From Carcharhinus longimanus (Eukaryota), in assembly GCA_030264375.1 (NCBI GenBank), contig JASCQW010000043.1, positions 68,828,444 through 68,892,443 of the forward strand: 64,000 nt of DNA, given 5' to 3'. Shown here piece by piece: positions 49,533 to 62,110 of the stretch; position 1 is the stretch's first letter, and the number at the start of each line of letters is the position of its first letter. Under the pieces are notes generated by a model that saw nothing but the letters and a program-made list of their open reading frames with translations, was not told where the DNA came from and did not search any database. The translations under genes were made by a program, and so were the position numbers.

Positions 49533-50524
49533 ATGACAAATTTGATACCAGTTTGAGAGTTGGCTTATCTCAGTCTTGGACTTTTCAGGGGTTAATATGC
49601 CTACTTCCATTATTACAACAGGGTCATATCTGGAGTGGTATGAGTGGAAGTGAAGGGTGGGCGTTATTGTGTTTTTGTGTGATAACGTAAAACAGATATT
49701 ATTGGATCAGCCATTCATTAATATTGTCCATTTTACATGATCACTCAAAGTCAGAGTTACCACCCGACCACTGCCCCCCTCCCCCCAGCTGTGTAAATTC
49801 AGTCTACATTTTCTTTTTCTGTTGAGTAATCCTGTGTTAGTTCCCAGGTTCATCTTGCTGTTGGATTCTGGGTTGCTTCTTCCTCACGTGTTTTTAAATA
49901 TTTACATAGCTTTAAATTAACCTCCGGAAAAATCGTCAAGCTGGTATAATTGGTTCCATTTGGTCCCAGTGTCAGGGCCCTGAAGCTCTTGGGAAAATAC
50001 AGACCACGAGACATCAGGTAAAAAGCCAATTATCTTCCTTACTGGTCTCAACAAGTGAGCATGTGAGCTGAATCATGGTCTGCTCTGTCATAATGCATCC
50101 TCAGATTAAGTGACTCTGAGGAGTCTTCATCGTCCCCCTGTTGCACAACCCCCTGCAGAACACTGCAGGCCCTGTGGGAAAGTAAAGATATGACTTGGAT
50201 CTGTTAAGAAATAAATGTTTTAACTGATCTTTATACTTATCATATACTTCACTGATGCCAAGCCAACATGAGTGAGCATTGTGTGTCGCGTGGTTGTTTG
50301 ATATTTATTTTGGTTACCAAGTACCTTGGAAGGGCCCCACCTCCAACAGACAAACATGTGGAGATTCCACTAATGTCCAGTTCTTCCTCCTCTGCAGTTA
50401 TTAGTTATGAGACTGTTAGGGGCCGGGATTTTAAAAGATTAAGATACAAATGAAAGTCTGTGATTCAGATTAAAGGAAACATGTTTAAATTAACAAATTG
50501 CAAGCAAGATTTGTAGAGGGAATT

Positions 50525-50738
50525 CCTATAACCCCACGCATTTACCCTGGCTAGTCTCCCTGGAACTAAAGGGCAATTTAATATAGCCAATGCACCTAAC
50601 TCCCATATCTTTGGGCTGTGAGAGGAAACAAGAGCAAACCACACAGACATCTTGCAAACTCGACACAGGCAGCAACTCAAGCCAGGAATCAAACCCGGGT
50701 CCCTGGCACTGTGAGGTTGCAGTGTTAACCACTGTGCC
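50525..50738 (-). mobile_element. HE1/V-SINE-type SINE (partial)
   Basis: Reverse complement GGCACAGTGGTTAACACTGC..CAGGGACCCGGGTTTGATTCC. Confidence 0.85.
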
Positions 50739-51894
50739 TCTCAATATTCTGGGATTTACTTTATTTCTTCAGGGTATCAGTGTGTATGTGTGCAGCACTT
50801 TTTGCAAGGGCAAAGTTTGTGAGTTGTCTGTCAAAAAAGGAACATTTGTTGGGTTGAATAGTCTTTCCTTGCCCCATTTTCATTAGATAGAGTTGCCTAA
50901 AGCAGCAGTGTGCAACAAAATTTTAAGAAGAATTTTAAGTATCTCTATCACCATAAAAACATTAAGATGTAAGTGTTACTTCTTCCGAAATGGAGACTGT
51001 GCTGTGAGGTGTTACTGTAAATTTGTAGTGCTGGTAATCGTGTTAGCATCAGTGCACATAGACTACTACAGTGCAAGCTAGCAGCTGTCTAATTGCAATT
51101 TTGTAATTAATAATTACACAGTAGAAAATGATTTGCAATTAGCTCCTCCTAAATCATAATTTAAACAGTCAAAATTACACTACAAACAGCAGTGTAATTA
51201 AAACACTTCTGTGGAGTGCTTATTTAAACCTCATTCAGTTACAGAGAATTTCTCAATCACATTCTTCAGCTGAATCATACACTTAATTAGTCTTTAGTAC
51301 TCAGAGGAAATTGGCTTTATTCAATAAGTGTCAATAATGCCAAACAAATGTAAATGTTACATTGACAGGTTGCTACAATCTTTATCATACATTTTTTTAA
51401 AATGGTAATTGAATTCCAGACAGCATTTTAATGAGATAAGCTGAGTTTTTCTTGGCATGAATATACTGAATTTAAAATCTATGAAAATTGAAGGGAAAAC
51501 AGTTCTTTACTCCCCATAGCATTGTTCCGATGAAGGTTTTATTCATTGTTTCAATAATATAAAGATGGAATTATATTCATTGTCAAGCAATTTTCTTTTT
51601 TAACAATGATCATTAACAGTGCTAGCAAAAACAAGAACTGTGCCTTGAAAAGAACTTGGATTCAGGTTTGTCAAGTTGGACATGACCACGCGTGTGTGTT
51701 TTCATGAATCAGATATTTCTTTGACTGACCATATCAGTAAGATGATACCATGTTGTGTTCTTGCTGTGGGGCCACCTCCCAGTTGGAACACAGTGACTAA
51801 CAGTGTCATAAAGAATTTGCATCTTTTACAATCTCAGGACAACTCAAAATGCATCACAGCTAATGAAATATTTTGAAAAGCATCACTGTCATAA

Positions 51895-52885
51895 AAGCAT
51901 AACAACGAGAGCAGAAGTGGGCAATTTAGCCTCTTGAACCTGCTCCGCCATTGAATACGATCGTGGCTGATATCATCTCAGCCTATCTCCGCTTTCCTGC
52001 CCACTCCCCACAACCCTTTATCCTTCCTCTAATTAAATCCTATCTATGTTCTCCTTAAAGTTGTTTAGTTTTCCAGCATCCTCTGCACTATGGGGTAGAG
52101 AATTTGACAGATTCACAAGCCTTTGAGTGAAGTAATTCCTTCTCATTTCTGTTTTAAATCTTCCACTCCTCAGGCATCTCATTCTAGAATGTCCAACAAG
52201 GGGAAACATCCTCTCTGCATCTACCCTGTCAATCTCTGGCATCTTTTATACATCCATTTCTCTCATTCTCCTTTCATTCTTCTAGACTTTAGTATAGGTC
52301 TAAACTGCTCAACCTCTTCAAAAGGCAAGTCCTATATCCCTGGAATCAATCTAGTGAACCTTCTCTGAACCTCATCTAATAATTTTACATCCTTCCTCAA
52401 GTAAAGGATGCCAGATGCGGTCAACAGTGCCCTATACAGTTGCAACAGCAGCTGCTTACTTTTATATTCCATTAGCAATGAATGCCAAAATTCCAATTGT
52501 CTTCCTTGTTATCTGCTGCACCTACATACTAAACTTTTGTGATTCGAGCATGAGAACACCCAGATCCCTCTGCATCAAAGCATTTTGAACTTTCTCTTCA
52601 TTTAGATAATGGATACGCTCACACTTATCCACATTAAACTCCATCTACCAAATTTTGGTTCACTCATTTTAGTTTATTCCTATCCATTTGTAAATTTCTT
52701 ATTCTTCATTGCAACTTACTATCCCACCTATTTTAGTGTCATCTGCAGATATGGCTATATAGTACCTTCTGTCTCTGTGCCCTAGTCATTAAGATAGATT
52801 ATAAATAGTTGGGCCCCGTGGCACACCGCTAGTTACAACTTGCCAACCAGAAAAAGACCCATTTATCTCCACGTTCTGCTTTCTG
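51895..52885 (-). mobile_element. Old CR1 LINE
   Basis: RVDAERMFPL..FKTEMRRNYFTQRLVNL; INGSFSGWQVVTSGVP. Confidence 0.88.
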
Positions 52886-53175
52886 CCATAATATAAGAAA
52901 TGTAGGAGCCATTTTACAAATAGCAATGAGATAAATGAGTGAACTATTTTTTTCATTGAGCTCATTGAGGGATAAATAATGGTAGAATACCCCATTCTTC
53001 TTCAAAACATTGCAATGGCATCTTTTATATCCACATGCGAAAACAAACCTGGCCTCAATTTAGTGTCCCAGAATGCAGCACACCCCTTTTCTACACTAAA
53101 GTGGCCGCCAAGTTCTCATGTTTTTACATAGGTCCTGACACAACATTCTGACACAGAGGTGAGAGTACCAGAACT
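52886..53175 (-). mobile_element. Deu-domain SINE
   Basis: GCAATGAGATAAATGA..TTGAGGGATAAATA..TCTTCTTCAAAA..ATCTTTTA..TTCTGACACAGAGGTGAGAGT. Confidence 0.6.
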
Positions 53176-55469
53176 ATACTGACGCTGCCATCTCATAGTT
53201 CCCTGGCTTTCTGATTCTCTTTTCCCTTTATACTCATCACTGCTACACGATAGCTCCATTGTTACTCCTTTTTGTTTATCTGCTTCCATGAACTTTATTA
53301 CATTTCTCTGAACAGATGGCCATTAACATCTTTACAATGTGTACTGGTGAAATTCAACTACTTTAAATCCAGCATATTATTTCCTTCCTGAAGCCTTTGG
53401 AACTCTAGCAGCTATCCCGCTTGCATGTACGTAGGCCTTAACATTTTCCCAGTGTATTTTGACACAAACATATTTGTTTCTACTTTCTTACACAAAGCCA
53501 TCTGTTCAGACATTCCAAAACATTGATTATCCATTCCAAAATACTGAAGGCTAAGGCATTTGCACCCTAAGTTATTGTGTTTCTCTCAAAGCCGCAGTAT
53601 GCATAGTGATAACACAAGGCATGACTGTAGCAAAACTCCATTATATTCCNNNNNNNNNNNNNNNNNNNNNNNNNNNNNNNNNCTCTTACATTCACCAATG
53701 TTATTACCCAATCCAGGGTGTTAATTTCAAAACCTATCTTTATTTAAACTGCTAAACAGATCTTCAAATATACAGCTGAAGGATTTATATAGATTTATAA
53801 GTGCGGCATTGACTTGGGTGTAACGCATTGCATAGGTGCAACTTATATAGGAAAACAGGTTAGAGAGGAAGAAATGCATGTAAAGCATCTCACTTGATTT
53901 TCTATTGAAATTAATGGAGGAAAATCAGATGGAGTGTACTACTGCTGTGTGATTAGTCCCACCTGACTTGCCTGCATGTGCTTCATTCACGATTAATGAT
54001 TAATGTCCAACTACTAAAATGGAAACATTGCCCCAGCACCACTGTCAATACTGTCACAAGTTTTAAGAGCATATAAAAAGGTACATTTTATGAACATTGA
54101 CCCCAGACATAGCCCTGCTCCTGAAAGACTTCCCTATGATATCCATATATTTCTGATGCAGCCCATCACTGTGTGAAACTTCATTACATATATTTACTAT
54201 GTCAAAATCCATCGTATTATGATTTCAGTAAGAGAAAGTTTCAGTTGTAAGTTACAGTTTGAATTTGTGCACTGTGGCAACACGACCATTCATTATAAGT
54301 GTTCAAAGAGCTGTTTGATGATTAAAATGTATTTGTGTCAGTATCTGCATAAACTATGGGGAGATGACATTGCAGATCGCAATCATGTAAAAATGTTGAG
54401 TCAAACCTACAGTTACTGCAGAACTTATAGCAACGCCTTTAGCATTTTTGCCTTTGCAGCTAACAACTGTAAGCATTGCAGATGACACTCTCCCTGTTCC
54501 TAGTTCCTTCTGGGCATTTTGTGTGGTTCTTCATGCCTCACTTCATGATGTATGACCACAAGTGTTTCTGCAGTAATCTTGGGAATAGACTACTTGAAAC
54601 CTTCTAATTCACCTGCAACTGTCACCTTCAATCAGATGAGCTTGCTGGTCAGACTACAAACCTTTGAATAGGCAGAACTCTAGAACAGTGCATGAACATT
54701 TCGGGCACTTTCAAGTACACTCAACAGACACAATGTGCATTATTGATTAGATTCAAACTTGGAAATTCTGAAGAGAATGATTGTGTGCTATGAGCTGTCA
54801 GGATCTCCAACACAACTTTCTCTGAAGCATTATACATAAATACAAATTTTTACCTTTAAATTTGAATTATGCTGTACGCAATGCCAGAATAATTTAAATC
54901 CCAGTCTGCTTTACATTCTTTTAATTGACTGTATAATTTATGGCTTGATATAATCTACATACATTTCAGTGTAGGTTTTAGTGTGTCAATGAAAACAGAA
55001 CAGGCAATACTTTAAATAATCCCATGCAGCAATATGTTTGGTTAAATAACTCAACTCTAATCTTGTGCATTGACAGAGAATCTCAATCGTTTCTATTTCC
55101 TTTCTACACCAATATCAGTTCTGATTCCATTATAGATTTTTACAGCTTCAATTATGATTATAGCTTTAGAACCAGAAAAATTGTACTAACATTACCACAC
55201 TACTACCAATTCTATTTCTGTTATAGGCTGTTATCAATTATATTTATAAACAATTATCATCACTAAATAGTAACTCGCCTGCTCTCAGTCTGCTATCAAG
55301 GCTGTTTTGGGGTTCTTGATTATGCTGTTTAAAATGTGAAACTTTGTGGCACAGTTCTTTCAACTAATAAGTATGAGTTTGAATTTCCTTTGTAAAAGTT
55401 AATTGTTCCCCTCAGGATTATAACAATGGTCAAACACAAGAACAAAGTCGATTTTTTTGAAGAGGAAGA

Positions 55470-56105
55470 GAAAGAAAACCCAGTTTTGGCTGATAGCTAT
55501 TGCAAGTGGATAAACGAGTCAATACCCAATACTACAAGTGCCAACATTATTGAGGTTTTGAGAAGTTGACCTGCAGTTTATGGGCTGCCAGAGATGTTAG
55601 TATTAGATAATGGTTCACATTTCATGTCAAATGGTCTGAAATATTTGAGTGAGAATGGAGTCAACCACACTCAAATATTGTCAGATCCACCAGCATTGAA
55701 TGGTGCTGTAGCAAAAAGTGTATAGATTGTGAAGAGGTCTTCATAGAAGCATTTACATGTTACAAGCCAAACAATAATTTTCATGTGTCATTTCAACCCA
55801 GGATAGATAATTTTATGTTCTCTTACAGAGTAACACCACAGTTCACAAAAGGTTGCTCACCTTATTGAATTAGTGCTTAAAATCAGTCCTAGGACAGATT
55901 TTAGTTTACTTAAGCCTGACCTCAAAAGCAAAATAAGAGAAAAACGAGACAAAGTGAAGATGAAGACATGAGGCATGAACGTAAGAAAGTTCAATGTAGC
56001 TCAGAAGGTCATGGTCAAAAATCACGAAGGTGTGGAGGGGAAATATGTGATTGGACTTGTTCTAAAGAGGGTATATTCATACACCTAGTGAATGTTGGAG
56101 ATATA
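55470..56105 (+). mobile_element. Gypsy integrase core remnant
   Basis: DSYCKW, YGLPEMLVLDNGSHF, NGVNH, PALNGAV, FMFSYRVTP. Confidence 0.85.
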
Positions 56106-56117
56106 CTTTCAGTGTCA

Positions 56118-57330
56118 GAGAAATATAGGAATTAAGAGCAGGAATAAACCACTCAGCCTATCAAGTCTGCTCTACCATTCAATGAGACCATGGCTGATTG
56201 CCTACCTCTAAAATTTTATCCCACACCATCTCCAAATCCCGTGATGTCTTTAATGTAGAAATCTATTGATGTTTGTCTTGAATCTTCTCAATGACCGAGC
56301 CTCTATGGCTTCCTGGGCTAGAGAATTCCAAATATTCACCACTCTCTGAGTGAAAAGAAATCATCCTCATCTCAGTGTTAAATGGCTAACACTTCATTCT
56401 CAGCCTGTGCCCCCAGTTACAAAGCACTCAGCCAGGGGAACCATCCTTTTTGCATTAACTCTGTCGTACTGTGAAAACATTTTGTATGCTTCATTGAGGT
56501 AATCTCTGAACACTAGAGAATACAGGCTGTGTCCTCAATCTCTCCTCACAGGACAATCCTGTCATCCAAGCAATCAGCTTGATCAACCTTTGTGGCACTT
56601 GCTGCATGGCAAGTATATCCTTCCTTAGATAAGGAGACTATTGAAGGAGACCAAGATTGTGCACAATGCCAGAGGTGCAGTCTTACCAGTTGCAGTAAAA
56701 TATCTTTACTACTGTATTCAAGTCCTCTTCTAAGAAAGGCCAACATCGCAATTACCTTTTAATTGCTTGCTGTGCCTGCAAGTTAGCTTTCAATGGCTCA
56801 TGAACAAAAACATCCAAGTCCCTTTGAACATTACCACTTCCTAATCTCTCTCCACTTAAGAACATAAGAAATAGGAGAAGGAGTAGGCCATCTAGCCCCT
56901 CGAGCCTGCCCCGCCATTCAATAAGATCATGGCTGATCTGAAGTGGCTCAGTTCCNNNNNNNNNNNNNNNNNNNNNNNNNNNNNNNNNNNNNNNNNNNNN
57001 NNNNNNNNNNNNNNNNNNNNNNNNNNNNNNNNNNNNNNNNNNNNNNNNNNNNNNNACATTCACCCTAGCCAGCCTCCTCCTCTTTATATATTTATAAAAA
57101 CTCTTACTATCCTTTTTTATATTTAGCGCTAGCTTAGATTCATAGTCTATCCTTCCTTTCTTTATCAACTTCTTCGTCATTCTTTGTTGATATTTAAACC
57201 TCTAAATACACAGTGATTCAGTTTTTTCTACCAGACTGGATAACTTCACATATTTCCATATTATATTTCATTTGCCATATTCTTGCTTGATCAATTAATC
57301 CCCTTGAAATCTTTGTGGATTATTTACTAG
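56118..57330 (-). mobile_element. Old CR1 with a nested young CR1 (56858-57203)
   Basis: MLAFLRRGLEYSSKDILLQL; nested element has (AAGAACAT) tail and YESKLALNIKKDSKSFYKYIKRRR. Confidence 0.88.
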
Positions 57331-58758
57331 AAAGGAAATCTCACAAAGCACAAGAAACCTCCTATGCTGCAAATTCCTCCTAAATCCAAAGTGAAAGCCA
57401 AAATTAATTGAAGGTTTGCCTCTTTAACAGAATCCAAGGTATAGCAAAGTGAGTTAGATCGTTGATGAAGTAAGATTAGTCGATATCACAATCCCAACCA
57501 TTAAGTCAAGCTGACAGTCAGTAGTCAAAGTTCAGATTTGACACAGTCAGAGATGTTGAGACAGCAGAGTCAACCTAATGGAAATGGAAAGAGATACTCA
57601 GACAGAAAGTGAAAGAAGCCAGATAGGTTAATTGGAAAAATGTAGAGAAGAAGAAAAACATGTTGTCCTTTTCATTGGGATGGACTTTACAAAGTGGCGG
57701 TGTGAAGTGGAGGTTAGTGGGTAGTAGGGGGAAGGAAATTCTACACCACTCCCAAATGAAAATTCTGTGGTCAACCCACACACCCAAAAGATGGTTTCCC
57801 CACAATGATATGATACTGCAGGCATCCTAAACTGAGTCAGAATGAGACTTCCATTCCCATCTGGGCGAAATTCCCACCTGAGAGGTTGACTGGCAGCTCT
57901 GTAGCCCTAGCAGTGCCAGGATTGAGTAACGGCTACTTCTGGGAATATAGACAGCTCAGGGAGAAGAGGTGTCATGGATCCCAGACTTCAGCTAAATTGA
58001 GAGATTTTGTACGGGACTGTCTGGTACTCCTTAGTGAGGGCTGCAAGGACGTGGAGGGGCTGTGTTCCGGAGGTGGGAGAGGGGAGGGTAAAAGGATGGC
58101 CACATTCTTGAAGCATGCTTCCGATAGTCAAGTGGGACCCCCAAAGTAGGCAGCCTTTTCATCCGCCTAACAGCAGCCTGTGCAGTGAAAGCTGCCAGAC
58201 TGCTTATTTTGCTCTGCCTTTCTCTACTGCACATATAAGCAGCGGAGGTGAATGAGGCAATAAAGTGGCCATTGAACAGGCTATCTGACGCTTTACGTGC
58301 CCACTGTACCAAGGTGAGAATGCGATATGCAGGCCACTCATTTTATGAGCCATGTCTTCAAATATATTGGCAACAGGCATAAAATACAGCCATTATATCT
58401 TGTCAAGTAATGTTATTTTTGTTAAATACATCCTGGTGTTAAGAAAGAACTTTTTTATGTAAATTATTCTGGCAGTGTCAGTCATATATGTTTTGGTTTT
58501 GAATACATTGAGAACAGGTACGCAACCTAACCGGTTAAATTTCAGATGTTGTTGATATTGATTTAGTCAGATTGCATCTGGGAGATTATGAACATGTACC
58601 ATTTTACATTTTCATGTATAAGTTTTTTAAGCTGGAGGGAATCAAGAATATTGCAAGATCTGAGCATTGTGTTATATTGCCCTCTCTGCTGCCCACTATG
58701 TTGGGAAGGTTTAAATAAAGTTTGTTCATAGGATGTCTGCCTGCTGTGAATCCACAGT

Positions 58759-59538
58759 GGGGACAGAATTCTCCCATTTTGAGGTGGGGCCCGGATCATG
58801 ATGTGATCATGATCACACCGCAGAGGCTGGCAGGAGAGTGCACCAAATAGTCCGGCCCAACCTCGTTAGTTATGCACAATGTGTTTTACATCACATTCGG
58901 TGACAGCACAGGCATGGATGATGCACAGTCAGCCAGAGTGTCCGAGTGCCATATTTAAAAGGCGCCCAACATTACTGACCCACTATTGAAGAAAGAAGTT
59001 AGCTCTCCTGAAAATTAAGATAGATCTCTAGGAGCATTCTGAGACTGGAATGTGGGCCTCCTGAGAATGAAGATGGATTCCAGAAACACCCTGAGGCTGG
59101 ACGATGNNNNNNNNNNNNNNNNNNNNNNNNNNNNNNNNNNNNNNNNNNNNNNNNNNNNNNNNNNNNNNNNTGTGCTTTTCCGGGATCCAGGGTTTAAGGT
59201 GGCCTCCATCTCAAACTCCAAAGGCAGACCCAGGCATTGTCCCAACATCCGCACACTATGTTGTTCCAAATGTGTTTTGTGCCAGGCATGTTTACCCATT
59301 GTAATCATGGAGAATCTGGAATGGTGGGTAGTTCAGGCCTTCATCTGCATCCCATTAACAAGATGCAATGAGGTTTACACTGGCCTCTGGTGGGTTTTCA
59401 CACCCACCATGGTGGGCACCAGTGGAAGATCCTGATGTAAATTCATGCCAGCATGAAACCAGTTTCTTGGTTTCCCACTATATTCTTCCCTCACACCCAC
59501 AATCGAACCACCAGCAGGAACTGGGGACAAATCTGCCC
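58759..59538. mobile_element. Internally deleted Harbinger element
   Basis: Imperfect TIRs GGGGACAGAATTCTCCC / GGGGACAAATCTGCCC flanked by AGT on both sides; transposase C-terminal-like remnant on the minus strand. Confidence 0.55.
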
Positions 59539-59789
59539 AGTGAATCTATCTCAATACAATACACAACAACTTTCAATATGGACAGCTACGAACTTTATTT
59601 ACGTTGCACAATGCCATTTAAGTAGTAATTTTCAACTACAATTACGAAGCAATCTAAACCTTGCTATTATTCCAGATTGTAATAAAATTTGCATTTGTCA
59701 CGGATTTCTATTAACTTGTGCTCATTTCAGATTGCAATCAACTTAACTTCCATTTTGAACCCAGCAGTAATCAATTTAGTGTTCCTTGG

Positions 59790-62110
59790 AAATGTACTAT
59801 ATTGCTGCACTTGCAAAACAACCTGAAGAGAAACAAATAAATTCCAGTATTCAAAGAAGCCTTTTATGTTCAATAACAGTTTTACTTGTGCAGACTGGGT
59901 GGTCATATGGATATTGGGATGATGTGGACAAAGGGGTCGCTTGTCAGGAGCACAGGAGTTCTCCTGGAGTGTGGACAGAGACAGAGCACGTAAGAACTGC
60001 TCAGTTACTGTTAACAAACACCCACTGTTGTTAGTCCCTGGTCCTCAGTTACTGGAACCCAAAAGTTTTACATGATGTCAGAAGTTGGCAGAATGCCATA
60101 GGGACTTTGCCGCATCAAACAACTCGTGTTTGATGAAAGTCTTGCACTGGAAGAAATTTGGAAAAGAGTGGTGTGTCTACTGCAGTGCCAGCCTATCGGA
60201 CAAATTAAAGAAGGCACAGGTGTACACTCTGCTGAAGTTAGTGGGTCTTGAAGCGGTTGAGAAATTTGAATCCTTTGTTTCTCAAACAGACGAAGAGAAG
60301 GAGAATCCTGAAGAAGTTCAAGCACACATGTACACCAGTAAAGAATATCCTACTGGATAGGCATGCATTCAGTACAACAAACCAAAAGTTTGGTGATTGT
60401 ATTCAGTCATATGATGCGACTTTTAAAGTTCTAACGAAAAAATGCGTGTTTTTACACACTCACCGACGAGCTGGTGAGAGATCGCATTGTAATGTGGGGT
60501 GAATAGTGATGTCAACCACAAGCAACTTCTTTGAGAAGAAGATCTAATGTTGGGATCTGCCATCAGCATCGGTATACTGAATGAGCAGTCAGAAAGAAAC
60601 AGCAAAGAGTTAAGGTGGGAAATGGAGACTTTTTTGTGGTGCAGGACAAACCTTGCTCCAACTGTGGCGGCCATCACTNNNNNNNNNNNNNNNNNNNNNN
60701 NNNNNNNNNNNNNNNNNNNNNNNNNNNNNNNNNNNNNNNNNNNNNNNNNNNNNNNNNNNNNNNNNNNNNNNNNNNNNNGTGGTGCAGGACAAACCGTGCT
60801 CCAACTGTGGCGGCCATCACTCACAGGACAGAACTGCATACCTGGCATTTGGTAAACATTGTAACCAGTGTGGTAAATGGAACGGTTTTGTGAAATGCTG
60901 CTGAGCCAATACACAATGGACTTCCCATACCACCAGTTACACTGCATCCAGTTTAACTCCAGGTTCCAGAACATGAACAGGGCAAATTAATTAGAATGCA
61001 ATCGGAGTAACCAAGGTATGGCGCCTCCAAAAACACTTCACTGTGAGAGTCTTGATCTCATTATGCAGAAGGTGAGATTTTCACCATATAAAACAATGCC
61101 TGCACCAATGCAAAACTGAAAGTAAAGATCAACACAGGAGCAGAGTACAAGGCCTTGCCCAGGCATTTGCTGTGGGAAATCGACTCATATGCTGCACCAA
61201 ATCCTGACCCTCAGGTGGATCTTGTGGCATATGGTGGGCAAAGTATTCGCACAAAGTGTGCTCACTCTCCGCTACACACAGGGCAGTTTACAGTTTTGTG
61301 TCATTGACCAAAACATAGAGCTGCTTTTGGGTTTTTGGGGCAGCATCACACAGGGGTTAATCCACTTTGATGTACACACCTTGCAGCACCCGGCTCCAGA
61401 AATTATGGAATATAAAGAACTATTCAACTTTAATATCATTGGCAAGCTACCTGTAATATATCAGATGAGGCTAGATGACTCGGTACCACCCATCGTCTGT
61501 GCTCCCAAAAGGGTCCTTAGTGGTGAAGCAGAAAGTAATTGATGAGCTGGACTGCATGAGGACTCTGGGTGTCATAGCCCCACTGATGGGAATGAATATT
61601 GGCAATGATGGCTGCAGTATAAAAATCTGTTTTGATCGAGTCCACCTGAATAAGTCACTCCTCAGCCCTCATCACCCTATGAAGACAATGGAACAGTTTA
61701 TAGCTGATATGCCCAATACCAAGGTCTTCAGCTCTTGGATGTGAAGTGCAGGTTCTGGCAAATTGCGCTGGATCATTATCTTTGAAACTCACCTTAATCA
61801 TGTCTCTGGTAGGCAAATACCATTTACTCTGTTTGCCCTATGCGATCTCCACTGGCAATGAGGTCTTCTAATGCTGTGTGAAGCTACTCTTTGAAGAACA
61901 ACCCTGAGAAATCATTGTTGATCACATCCTAGTCTGGGTAGTATAATGCAGGAATATGATGTACATCTTTGACCAGTCCTTGACAGAATCAGGACCATTC
62001 AGTTGAAGCATAACCCTGCTAAATACAGCTTCATGGTCACGCAGGTTCCCTACATGGGTCACTTGCTCACAACTAATGGTGTGAAGCCAGATCCAGACAA
62101 AACAGAGTTG
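59790..62110 (+). mobile_element. Degenerate Gypsy LTR retrotransposon (LTR-PBS-gag-PR-RT), 3' truncated
   Basis: LTR end ..TTACA at 60072 then PBS-like TGATGTCAGAAG; gag WKKF..QVYTLLKLVGLEA; knuckles CSNCGGHH and CNQCGK; protease INTGA; RT ICFD..LNK..HHPMKT, KVFS, FWQI, IVDHILVW, YMGHLLT.NGVKPDP. Confidence 0.9.

Noticed and set aside
60636-60821. Tandem duplication of a Gag zinc knuckle
   Set aside because: The 43-bp copies differ by one base and directly flank a 100-N gap, typical of a haplotype/overlap artefact.
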